Virus record (IMG/VR): IMGVR_UViG_3300031834_000001
Location: 1-64,000 of that record
Strand: one strand, 5' to 3'
Origin: a virus
Length of the DNA stretch: 64,000 bases
Shown: piece after piece, positions 51,250-60,191 of the stretch
How positions within the stretch are numbered: the first letter of the stretch is position 1
How the letters are laid out: every line of letters starts with the position of its first letter
Position numbers and translations under genes: made by a program
The notes under the pieces: model-generated
What the model was told of the DNA's origin: nothing
The model's database searches: none
What the model saw: only the letters and a program-made list of their open reading frames with translations

Positions 51250-52206
51250 TTGATAACCGATCTGGGACCAGTCATTCGAGAGGCCCGACTGGCGGGCAGG
51301 GGCTACAAGGCCATCGCCAGAGAAACCGGATTCCCCCGAGATGCCATCCGCAATTACTGCAAGAGGAACGGCTTGGCCGGCGAGCGCGGTCCTCGACCAA
51401 AGGCTCGGGTAGAGACTAAGCCGCCCAAGCCAGTTCTCTGTCGGCGGTGCGGGAAGGAACTCCCGGTCCACGCTTCCACGGGACCGCCAGCCCAATACTG
51501 TTCGAGCGAATGCCGGCGTGCCTGGTGGGAAGAACACCAAGATCAGAGGCGGCAGTATGACCTTATCTGCAAGTGCTGCGGGAACTCCTTCAAGAGTGCG
51601 CGGCAAAGCCGGCAATTCTGCTCCCCTGGGTGTTCCCGCGCGGCCACAAGGCTTCTCCCTGACGGCGCGTGCGCGGTCTGCGGTAAGACGTTCAGACCTA
51701 GAAACACTCACCAGAAGTGCTGCTCCTGGCCCTGCGGGCAGACCGCGTCCAAGAGTGGCCGGCCTAAGCCGGTGGCGCGAACCTGCAAGCGTTGCGGGAA
51801 GACCTTTGTTCCCAAGCGGGCCAACTATGCTACCTACTGCTCGCGGGAGTGCGCGTTCGCGGACCGAGCGGTAGCAATCACCGAGGCGAGAGCGCGCAAG
51901 ACGGTGCCCTGGCGGTTCGGCGCCGGCGATGCGAGTTGCCGCCGCCGGGCGAGGCGATATGGTCGAGCGGTGGAGAGAATTGTGCCGCTTGAGGTCTACG
52001 AGCGTGACGGTTGGAAATGCGGGATCTGTGGAAAGAAAGTTGACCGGCGACTTCGTTGGCCCCATCCCATGAGCGCGTCGCTAGATCATATCGTGCCCCT
52101 CTCGCGAGACGGGGACCATGTCGCCACCAATGTCCAACTCGCCCACCACAGTTGTAACACACGGAGGCACGTTACCGGGGCGGCGCAGTTGAGACTGCTA
52201 CCCTAA
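51250..52206 (+). CDS. HTH plus tandem Zn ribbons plus HNH endonuclease
   Basis: GYKAIARETG HTH; four CxxC...CxxxC units; CGICG...LDHIVPLSRDG...NVQLAHHSCN. Confidence 0.88.
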   Translation: MITDLGPVIREARLAGRGYKAIARETGFPRDAIRNYCKRNGLAGERGPRPKARVETKPPKPVLCRRCGKELPVHASTGPPAQYCSSECRRAWWEEHQDQRRQYDLICKCCGNSFKSARQSRQFCSPGCSRAATRLLPDGACAVCGKTFRPRNTHQKCCSWPCGQTASKSGRPKPVARTCKRCGKTFVPKRANYATYCSRECAFADRAVAITEARARKTVPWRFGAGDASCRRRARRYGRAVERIVPLEVYERDGWKCGICGKKVDRRLRWPHPMSASLDHIVPLSRDGDHVATNVQLAHHSCNTRRHVTGAAQLRLLP

Positions 52207-52228
52207 GCGAAATCTGGAGGCTTTCCTC

Positions 52229-52564
52229 TTGTCCGACACGTCTCCCGTCAAGGCCCCCAAGCACCTCAAATCCGAGACGCGCCGGTGGTTCAAGGGTGTC
52301 TGCGCCGACTATGAGCTCGAACCCCACCATCTGCGTCTCCTGACCCTGGCCGCCGAAGCCTGGGACAGGGGCCAGCAGGCCCGCGAGGCCCTAGTTGACT
52401 ACGGCCTGACCTTCAACGACCGCTTCAACCAGCCCCACGCCCGCCCCGAAGTGGCCATTGAGCGGGACGCCCGGATCGCCTTCGCCCGGCTCCTCCGGGA
52501 ACTCGCGCTAGACGTGGAGCCCCCGAAGCAACCTGGCCGCCCGCCGACCATAGCGAGGCAGTAG
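52229..52564 (+). CDS. Terminase small subunit (P27 family)
   Basis: APKHL...W...GLTFND...ARPEV...LLRELAL; precedes terL. Confidence 0.85.
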   Translation: MSDTSPVKAPKHLKSETRRWFKGVCADYELEPHHLRLLTLAAEAWDRGQQAREALVDYGLTFNDRFNQPHARPEVAIERDARIAFARLLRELALDVEPPKQPGRPPTIARQ

Positions 52565-52567
52565 GCC

Positions 52568-54652
52568 ATGCCGCCCAAGAGACGCCGGGCCAAGGGGCGG
52601 GCCGCCGGGCTCGACTTCGACTCCTGGGTTGACCTTATGTACGGGCCGAACCCCTACCGCCCAGTCTACGCGAGTCCCTTTCTGCGCCGGGCGGCATGGG
52701 CTACCCACAAGAACAGTCTTCTCGCCGAGTGTCAGGATACCGCCCATCGACCGCAGGCGTGGTGGGAATATGACCTGGGCCGCCTGCCCGACTTCTCGAA
52801 GAACGAGTGCCAGGTTGAACTCCTGGTCGAGATTGGCCAGGCTTCCGAGGACGAACTCGCCACATTCCTGAAACTAGTCTACCTGGAACAGGAGAGCCTT
52901 CGTGAGCGCGGAGCGTATGCCCCCGCCGAGGAGACGGCCGCCTACCGCCGCCGGGCCATCCTGGCGAAAAAGGTTGCCGGGTGGGAGCCCGCACTACCCG
53001 TGCCGGGGTATGGCGAGTCCCGTTTCGCCGAACCGGCCAGGCCGCCCAAGGGGGTCAAGATAGACGAAGCCGCCGCCTTCCGGGCCTGCTTCTTCATCGA
53101 GAGTTTGCGCCACTGGGAGGGCGACTGGGCCGGGGTTCCCTTCATCCTCTCCCCCTGGCAACGGGAAGAGATAGTCCGCCCGCTTCTCGGGGCGCTCCGG
53201 TCCGACCGGACCAGGCGTTTCCGCAAAGCCTATATCTCCGTGGCTTGCAAGAACGGTAAGACGGCATTGATGGCGGCCGTCGCTCTTTACTTGTTCATGG
53301 CCGACGGCGAACCAGGCGGGCAGGTCTACTCCGCCGCCGCCGACCGCAAGCAGGCCGCGCTGATTTTCGACGCCGCCATTGGGATGCTTGAGCAATGCCC
53401 GTTCCTTCGTCGCCGGGTTGACGTTCTGACCGGGGCCAAGATGATCCGGTTGCCCGCCAAGAGTAGCCGGTGGCAGGTTCTCTCGGCAGACGCGCCCACC
53501 AAGCATGGCCTGAACGCCTCAGTCATCATCTTTGACGAACTTCACGCGCAACCCACCGACGCCCTGTGGAACGTCCTCATAACCCGCATGGGCGCCAGGC
53601 GGCAACCGCTCCTCATCGCCATAACGACCGCCGGAAACGACGAGACCTCCATTTGCCACCGCCAGTATGAGTACGCCGAGAAGATACTGGCCGGCGTCTT
53701 CCCCGACGAGAGCTTCTTCGCCTATATCCGCGAGGCTCCCAAGGACGCCGACTGGCGGGATGAGGCGGTCTGGTATGGGCCGAATCCCGGCCTCGGTGTC
53801 TTCCGCAACCTCGACGAACTCAGGACTTCGATACGCGAGGCCGAGCGAGTCCCGGCCAACCAGAACAACATCAGAAACCTCTACTTGAACCAGTGGGTTA
53901 AGGCTGAGTCCCGTTGGATTGACCTCTACGCCTGGGACCTCACGGCGGGCATGGTCGATGAAGCCGCCCTTGAAGGCCGGCCATGCTATGCCGGGTTGGA
54001 CCTCGCCGCGTCCCAGGACCTCTCGGCTCTGGCCCTGGTCTTCCCGATGGACACGGACCCCGTGGAGTACAAGATCATCTGCAGGTTCTGGCTACCCGAA
54101 GAGGGCCTGCTTGAGCGCCGCCGCCGAGACAATGTCTCCTACGACGTCTGGGCCGGGATGCCCGGAGGAGTGGCGAACGCCAGATACCCCAAGTTCATCG
54201 AACTGACCCCCGGCAACGTCATCGACTACAGCTACATCCGCCGGGCCGTCCGGGAACTCGCCAAAAGGTACCGGATAGTCCATATCGCCTATGACCCCTG
54301 GGGAGCGCGTCAACTCGCGCAAGAGTTCCAGGAGGACGGCGTCGGCGTGGCCGAGTTCAACCAGTGGCCCAGCAAGTTTGCCAGCCCGACTAGGGAGTTC
54401 GAGCGGCTAGTCCTCACCAAGCGCCTCCACCACGGGGGCAACCCGGTCCTGCGGTTTATGATGGACTGCTGCCAGGTGAGGTCCGACTCAAACGGCAACG
54501 TCCGCCCCGTCAAACCCGACCGCCAGAAATCACACAAGCGGATTGACGGCGTGGTAGCCACCATCATGGCCCTGGACGGGGCCTTGAGGAATGAGGCCGC
54601 CCAGCAGAAGTCCGCCTACGAGTCCCACGGTTTGGAAACGATCGGCTTCTAG
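52568..54652 (+). CDS. Terminase large subunit with N-terminal extension
   Basis: PWQ, KNGKT, IIFDELH, ITTAG, GLDLA, YDPW, RIDGVVA. Confidence 0.96.
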   Translation: MPPKRRRAKGRAAGLDFDSWVDLMYGPNPYRPVYASPFLRRAAWATHKNSLLAECQDTAHRPQAWWEYDLGRLPDFSKNECQVELLVEIGQASEDELATFLKLVYLEQESLRERGAYAPAEETAAYRRRAILAKKVAGWEPALPVPGYGESRFAEPARPPKGVKIDEAAAFRACFFIESLRHWEGDWAGVPFILSPWQREEIVRPLLGALRSDRTRRFRKAYISVACKNGKTALMAAVALYLFMADGEPGGQVYSAAADRKQAALIFDAAIGMLEQCPFLRRRVDVLTGAKMIRLPAKSSRWQVLSADAPTKHGLNASVIIFDELHAQPTDALWNVLITRMGARRQPLLIAITTAGNDETSICHRQYEYAEKILAGVFPDESFFAYIREAPKDADWRDEAVWYGPNPGLGVFRNLDELRTSIREAERVPANQNNIRNLYLNQWVKAESRWIDLYAWDLTAGMVDEAALEGRPCYAGLDLAASQDLSALALVFPMDTDPVEYKIICRFWLPEEGLLERRRRDNVSYDVWAGMPGGVANARYPKFIELTPGNVIDYSYIRRAVRELAKRYRIVHIAYDPWGARQLAQEFQEDGVGVAEFNQWPSKFASPTREFERLVLTKRLHHGGNPVLRFMMDCCQVRSDSNGNVRPVKPDRQKSHKRIDGVVATIMALDGALRNEAAQQKSAYESHGLETIGF

Positions 54653-54677
54653 CTCCCCGCCCTCCAAGGAGGCCCCC

Positions 54678-54986
54678 ATGTCTCGCCTAGCCACCTTTCG
54701 CCACTGGTTCTCGCGGTCCGCCCATCCCGCCCTGCTCCACCTCGCCCGCCAAGGACGCCGCGACTTTGGCCGCTTCATCGCCTGGCTCGACAGGTTCCTC
54801 ACGGCGAACAAGTTGGACCTGGCCTACTATGCCGGTCTAGCCCTAGTCGGAGTCGGCCTGACCCTCAAGTGGGGTCTCTGGCTGGGCCTCCTGGTCCCCG
54901 GAGCCGCCTCTTCCCTGGCCATCATCTACCTTCTGACCCAGAAGTCCGCGCCCCCCAAGTCCACCTCGCCCGCCCAGAGGAGCTAA
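54678..54986 (+). CDS. Small membrane protein upstream of the portal
   Basis: RBS AAGGAGG; two TM helices. Confidence 0.7.
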   Translation: MSRLATFRHWFSRSAHPALLHLARQGRRDFGRFIAWLDRFLTANKLDLAYYAGLALVGVGLTLKWGLWLGLLVPGAASSLAIIYLLTQKSAPPKSTSPAQRS

Positions 54987-54992
54987 CACCCC

Positions 54993-56654
54993 GTGGGTGT
55001 CCTAACTATCGAACGCCGCTCGGACGATGAGGGCCAGTGGAGGCCCCAGTCCCTCAAGGACCTCGACCTCTACCTGGATTCCCTGGCCTATGGCGGGCCT
55101 ACCATGTCCGGCCAGCACGTCGGGGAGGAGCAGGCTCTCAAGCTGTCCGCCGTCTGGGCCTGCGTCCGCCGTCTGGCCGAGCCCATCGCCGGGATACCCT
55201 TCCAGGTTTTCGAGGAGACCGACATCGGCCGGGAGAGACGCCGCCGCCACAACCTTGAGACCGTCCTGAACCGCATGGCTAACCCCGAAATGACGGCCTA
55301 CGAGTGGCGCGAGACGATGGTGGCCCACGTCAGCCTCTGGGGTAACCACTACTCCTACATCCAGCGGGATCGTCTGGACCGCGTGCGTGGCCTGATCCCC
55401 ATTCACCCCAGCCGGGTCGAAATCAAGCGCGAGCCGCCCATTCGTGGGAAGTTGGTCTACTACGTTTCCTTTTCCGATGGGCATAAGGAGCCCAACAAGC
55501 CGTCCGAGATCCTCCACATTAAGCTTTTCAGCCTCGACGGCGTCAACGGCGTCTCGTTCATCGGGTTCGCGCGCGAGGGCCTGGGCATCGGGCTCAGCCT
55601 GGAGGAAATGGCGGCCAGGTTCTTCGGGCATGGAATGCAACTTGCGGGGACGCTGGAGCACCCCGGCCCAACCCTCTCAGACGAAGCCAAGGAGAATCTG
55701 AGAAGTTCGATCAAGGAGCGGTTCGGCGGAGTTGGCAAGTCGCAGGGCCTCTTGCTGTTGGAAAACGGTATTAAGTACAATAAGATGAGCATCCCGCCCA
55801 ACGACGCCCAATTTTTGGAAAGTCGCGCGTGGTCGGTCACCGACATCGCCCGTTGGTTCCTGGTGCCCGCCCCGCTGATTAACGACCTTAGCCAAGCGAC
55901 AAACTCCAACATCGAGGAACAGGACCGCACGTTCATCACGCTTACCCTGGTCCCCGGTTGGTGCCGGCGCATCGAGTCCCGCGTGAACACCTCCCTTTTC
56001 CTGCCGTCGGAGACGGACTTCTATGCCAAACTTAACGTGGACGGCCTGCTCCGAGGTGACCCCGTGGCCCGCGCTACATCTCTCAAGATCAGACTGGACG
56101 CCGGAGCGATCAACGCTAACGAGTGGCGCACCCTGGATGAAATGAACTCCATCGGTCCCCAAGGTGACATCTACCGCTTCCCGCTCAACATGGCTTCCGC
56201 GCAGGACATCGTGGACGGGAAGGTTCAGCCGAACCCGAACGTCAAGGGCCCCGCCGACACCGCGCGGTCCCTCCTCGCCCACCGGGCCCTCCTCGAATCC
56301 CAGGCGGCCGTAGTCCTCCGGCGCGAGGAGCAGGAGGTTATCGCTATCGCCCGGCGCGGCCTGTCCGACCCGGCCTCCCTACGTACCCGACTGGAGTCCT
56401 GGTTCGCCGGTCACGTCTCCTTCGCCCAGGCCCACCTAAGAGACGCGGTTGCCGCCTGCGCTGCGGCCGCCGGGCAGGGTAACGTGGAACCCGACGCCTA
56501 CCTTGGGGAGGATGTCCTCCTCCAGAAGCCCGCCGTCCTGGCCTGTCTAGCCGAACCTGACCCCGTCGCCGCCCTCCGCTCACACTACGACGCCCGACGG
56601 TTGAGCTGGCCGGGCGAGGTTGCCGATAGCATCCTGTCCGCCCTGGAGGTCTAG
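54993..56654 (+). CDS. HK97-family portal protein
   Basis: SAVWACV, LWGNHY, EILHIK, DAQFLESR, NEWR. Confidence 0.95.
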   Translation: MGVLTIERRSDDEGQWRPQSLKDLDLYLDSLAYGGPTMSGQHVGEEQALKLSAVWACVRRLAEPIAGIPFQVFEETDIGRERRRRHNLETVLNRMANPEMTAYEWRETMVAHVSLWGNHYSYIQRDRLDRVRGLIPIHPSRVEIKREPPIRGKLVYYVSFSDGHKEPNKPSEILHIKLFSLDGVNGVSFIGFAREGLGIGLSLEEMAARFFGHGMQLAGTLEHPGPTLSDEAKENLRSSIKERFGGVGKSQGLLLLENGIKYNKMSIPPNDAQFLESRAWSVTDIARWFLVPAPLINDLSQATNSNIEEQDRTFITLTLVPGWCRRIESRVNTSLFLPSETDFYAKLNVDGLLRGDPVARATSLKIRLDAGAINANEWRTLDEMNSIGPQGDIYRFPLNMASAQDIVDGKVQPNPNVKGPADTARSLLAHRALLESQAAVVLRREEQEVIAIARRGLSDPASLRTRLESWFAGHVSFAQAHLRDAVAACAAAAGQGNVEPDAYLGEDVLLQKPAVLACLAEPDPVAALRSHYDARRLSWPGEVADSILSALEV

Positions 56655-56657
56655 CCC

Positions 56658-58160
56658 ATGCCCGCCTGCCCGAAGCACAAAACCGACACCGTTGACACCG
56701 CCTGGGACGCCGGGGCGAATGAGAAGCGCCTGCCTGACGACGCCGACAAGTCCACTTTGCAGAAGATGTACGCCTGGGTTCCCGAAGGCGACTCACCGAC
56801 CAAGAGCGCGTCGAAATTCCCGCACCATGAGGTCTCCGAGTCCGGCGTTCCCGGCGCGGCGAACCTCAACGGATGTCAGGCTGGCTTCGGCCGCCTCAAT
56901 CAATCCGACATTTCCGAGGGCGACAAGGACGGCGTCCATGCCCACTTGTCCGCGCACTACATGGACGCCGGCAAGGAGCCGCCGGAGAGAAGCGCGAGTG
57001 GGCCGATTGAGACCCGCGTGGGCAAGAAGCTCGGCAAGGCCAACCGGGAGAGGGTCGAGAAGGTTAGGGACCTCCAGAAGGATTTGCGGGGCCTAGCCAA
57101 GCAGGCGCATGACCTGGCTGAGGAAGTCCTCAACTCCGACAACAAGGACGACGGCGAGGAGGAAAGCAAGGGACGCGCCGCCCAGTGGTACCAGGCCGAA
57201 CCTCGCAAGCGGTCGGTTCCCCAGTCCCAAATTGAGTACCGGACCTTCCGCGTGGAGTACCGGACGGACCGGACGACCGGGAAGCCGCGCATAACCGGCC
57301 ACGCCGCCATGTTCAACCAGGAGACCGAGGTTTACGACTGGTGGATGGACGACACCTATATTGAGGATATCGCCCCCGGCGCGTTCGCCAAGACCATCAG
57401 GGAAGCCGACGTGCGGATGCTCTTCAACCATAACCCAGACTGGATTTTGGGGCGCAGCAAACCCGGCAAGGCCAGCACCCTGCGGCTCTCCGAGGACGCC
57501 GTCGGCCTCGCCATCGACAACGACCCGCCGGAAACTCAGTTGGTCAATGACCTGGTCCTGGTGCCCATGGAGCGCGGCGACCTAGACCAAATGTCCTTCG
57601 CCTTCCGGGTGATCCGGCATGAGATTATCGAACTCGGCAACCGCAAATTCAAGCGGAGACTGCTTGAGGTCGAGTTGTTTGACACGTCAATCGTGACTTA
57701 CCCGCAGTATGAATTGACCCATGCCGAGGTTGTCCACTCGGCTTTCGCGGACGCGGGAATTGACATGCGCAGCCTCGGCCCCGAGTTGATTCGTCGCATG
57801 GCGGGCCTCCCGGTTAACGCCGACGCCCTACGCTCCTCCCTGACCGCCCTTCGCTCCCTGCTCCCCGAGGGGGCCAAGTGCGGCTGCGGCCGCTGCAAGT
57901 CCGAGCCCGCCCCGGAGATTACGCCCGTTCCCCCTGTCAACCCTCCGACCGTGGAAGCCGAGGCCAGCAAGGTGGGCCCCACTCCCCCGGCCGATGTTAT
58001 ACCGCCTAGCCCCGCCGCTCCAACCCCCGACTCCGAGCCGGGCAATGACCACTCGGAGGATAAGCGCGAGACGCCGACACTGGCAGGCCAGCCGTCGGAG
58101 AAGCGTGCCAGGAGGTTGAAGATCGCCGAGGCCGAGGCGTACCTGCTCATAGGCAAGTAA
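56658..58160 (+). CDS. HK97-family prohead protease with terminal extensions
   Basis: ITGHAAMFN, EDIAPGAF, LFNHN, QMSFAF, ELFDTSIVTYPQY. Confidence 0.93.
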   Translation: MPACPKHKTDTVDTAWDAGANEKRLPDDADKSTLQKMYAWVPEGDSPTKSASKFPHHEVSESGVPGAANLNGCQAGFGRLNQSDISEGDKDGVHAHLSAHYMDAGKEPPERSASGPIETRVGKKLGKANRERVEKVRDLQKDLRGLAKQAHDLAEEVLNSDNKDDGEEESKGRAAQWYQAEPRKRSVPQSQIEYRTFRVEYRTDRTTGKPRITGHAAMFNQETEVYDWWMDDTYIEDIAPGAFAKTIREADVRMLFNHNPDWILGRSKPGKASTLRLSEDAVGLAIDNDPPETQLVNDLVLVPMERGDLDQMSFAFRVIRHEIIELGNRKFKRRLLEVELFDTSIVTYPQYELTHAEVVHSAFADAGIDMRSLGPELIRRMAGLPVNADALRSSLTALRSLLPEGAKCGCGRCKSEPAPEITPVPPVNPPTVEAEASKVGPTPPADVIPPSPAAPTPDSEPGNDHSEDKRETPTLAGQPSEKRARRLKIAEAEAYLLIGK

Positions 58161-58189
58161 CCGCTACCTATCCGCACCCGCAACCGAGG

Positions 58190-58216
58190 CCCGCCCACTG
58201 AGGCGGGTTTTGTGTT
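58190..58216 (+). terminator. Terminator-like hairpin between protease and capsid genes
   Basis: CCCGCC-CACTGA-GGCGGG followed by TTTTGTGTT. Confidence 0.55.
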
Positions 58217-58239
58217 GCCTCTGAAAGGAGCCACTCAGC

Positions 58240-59544
58240 ATGACCATCGACGAAACCAGCGCCCAGTACGCCCAGGCGTTCGCCGACATGAAGGCCGCCG
58301 ACGGTAAGGACGATGAGGCCGCCTTCATCGAAGCCGAGGGCCGCATGACCGCCGCTAAGACTAAGCTGATCCGCGCCGAGAAGTTGGGCACCGAGGAACG
58401 TTGGAGTAGCAAGCCCCCGGAGGACGACAAGCCTCCGACGGACGATCCAACGGCCCCGGAAGCCCGGTCCGAACCCCCGTGTCCCCGCCTCTACCGGAAC
58501 CTTGGCGAGCAACTGGTCGATGTGGTCCGAGCGGGCAGGGGCCACGCGCCCGACAAGCGCTTGCTCCAACTGAACGACTACGAGGCTCGCGTCTCCGGCA
58601 TGTCCGAGGGCGTCCCCGCTGACGGAGGCTGGATGGTCCAGACCGACTCCGCCACCGAGTTGATTAAGACGACCTGGGAGACGAACGTCCTCGCGGGAAG
58701 ATGCCGGACGTGGCAACTGTCCACCAGCGCGAATTCCATGAAGGTTCCCGCCGTGGATGAAACCTCCCGCGCCACCGGATCCCGTTGGGGTGGCGTCCAG
58801 GTCTACTGGGAAACCGAAGGCGAGTCAACGAGTGGCAAGAAGATCAAACTCTCCTTCGTCCGGCTGGAACTGAAAAAGATGAAGGGCGTCGCCTATCTGT
58901 CCTCGGAACTCCTGGAAGACGCGCCTCTCATGCAGGATTGGGTCAATCAGGCGTTCCCGGAGGAAATGGGCTTCATGCTCGACGACGCCATCTTCCGTGG
59001 CGACGGAGCCAGTCAGCCTCTCGGCTTCACCAACGCCGCTTGCTTGGTCACTGTAGCCAAGCGAACCAATCAGGTAGAGGACACCATCCTCGCCGAGAAC
59101 GTCATCGACATGTGGGCGCGAGTGGCTCCATCCTGCAAGCCTCGCTCCGTCTGGCTCATCAACTCCGAGGTTATGACGGAACTCCCCAAGATGACCATCA
59201 ACGTGGGCACCGGCGGCTCCGTCGTCTACATGCCCGCCGGTGGGTTGGCTGGCCTCCCCTATGGAACTCTCTACGGCCGCCCGGTCCTCGAAATCGAGCA
59301 GGCGTCCGCCCTGGGCGACGTGGGCGACATCTGCTGCGTCGATCTCACCCAGTACTACCTGGCCAGAAAGCGCGGCGTCCAGGCCGCGACCTCCATCCAC
59401 GTCAAGTTCGTCGAAGAGGAAACGGCCCTCCGGTGGTCCATGCGCGTCGATGGCCAACCCGCTTGGAAGTCAGCCCTCACCCCGTATAAGGCCAAGTCCG
59501 GCAACACCATCTCCCCGTTTGTCACCCTGGCCGCCCGCGCCTAA
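58240..59544 (+). CDS. HK97-fold major capsid protein
   Basis: DGGWMV, SELLEDA, AIFRGDG..QPLG, LYGRPV, RVDGQP. Confidence 0.95.
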   Translation: MTIDETSAQYAQAFADMKAADGKDDEAAFIEAEGRMTAAKTKLIRAEKLGTEERWSSKPPEDDKPPTDDPTAPEARSEPPCPRLYRNLGEQLVDVVRAGRGHAPDKRLLQLNDYEARVSGMSEGVPADGGWMVQTDSATELIKTTWETNVLAGRCRTWQLSTSANSMKVPAVDETSRATGSRWGGVQVYWETEGESTSGKKIKLSFVRLELKKMKGVAYLSSELLEDAPLMQDWVNQAFPEEMGFMLDDAIFRGDGASQPLGFTNAACLVTVAKRTNQVEDTILAENVIDMWARVAPSCKPRSVWLINSEVMTELPKMTINVGTGGSVVYMPAGGLAGLPYGTLYGRPVLEIEQASALGDVGDICCVDLTQYYLARKRGVQAATSIHVKFVEEETALRWSMRVDGQPAWKSALTPYKAKSGNTISPFVTLAARA

Positions 59545-59623
59545 CCTAGCTCCCCCGGCCCGGACCCCGACGGCCTAACCGCCATTTGGGTCCGGGTCTC
59601 CCAATTGAAAGGAGGCAAGCGTA

Positions 59624-60097
59624 ATGCCTGGTGACAGCATCTTCTACGTCTCTCAGATGGGCCATGTCGTCAACGTCCTGCCCCCGAAGGACATCACCGG
59701 CGGGGCCACCACGGGCGTCGTGTTCTCGATGGCGACCTACAGCCACGCCAGCGTCATCCTCCAGTTCGGCGTGACCGGCGCGGCTTGCACGGTGACCGTC
59801 GAGGAGTGCGACGCCTTCTCGCCGACGTCCCATCCCGACATCACCTTCAACGTCCACAAGGAGGAGACGGACTCCGGGGACACCCTGGGGGCTCTGGTCT
59901 CCGCGGCCACTCTGGCCACCTCGACCAACAACAGCATCATGTACGTGATCGAACTCGACGCCGCCCAACTCTCCGAGGGCTACCCCTACGTCCGGCTCAA
60001 CTGGTCCAACCCGGGCCAAGCGACCCTCGCGTCCGCCGTGGCCATCCTGTCGGGCGCGAGATACGCCTCCGACCAGTCCGCCACCGTGATCGCCTAA
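59624..60097 (+). CDS. Putative capsid decoration/structural protein
   Basis: Beta-rich 157 aa protein right after the capsid gene; YPYVRL. Confidence 0.65.
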   Translation: MPGDSIFYVSQMGHVVNVLPPKDITGGATTGVVFSMATYSHASVILQFGVTGAACTVTVEECDAFSPTSHPDITFNVHKEETDSGDTLGALVSAATLATSTNNSIMYVIELDAAQLSEGYPYVRLNWSNPGQATLASAVAILSGARYASDQSATVIA

Positions 60098-60191
60098 CCA
60101 CCTAGTTCCCCCCATCCGGGCGGGTCCGACCCCAGAAACCGGGCCCGCCCGGATCGCCCTACCCATCAGCCCAACCAGGAGGGACCCTGAA

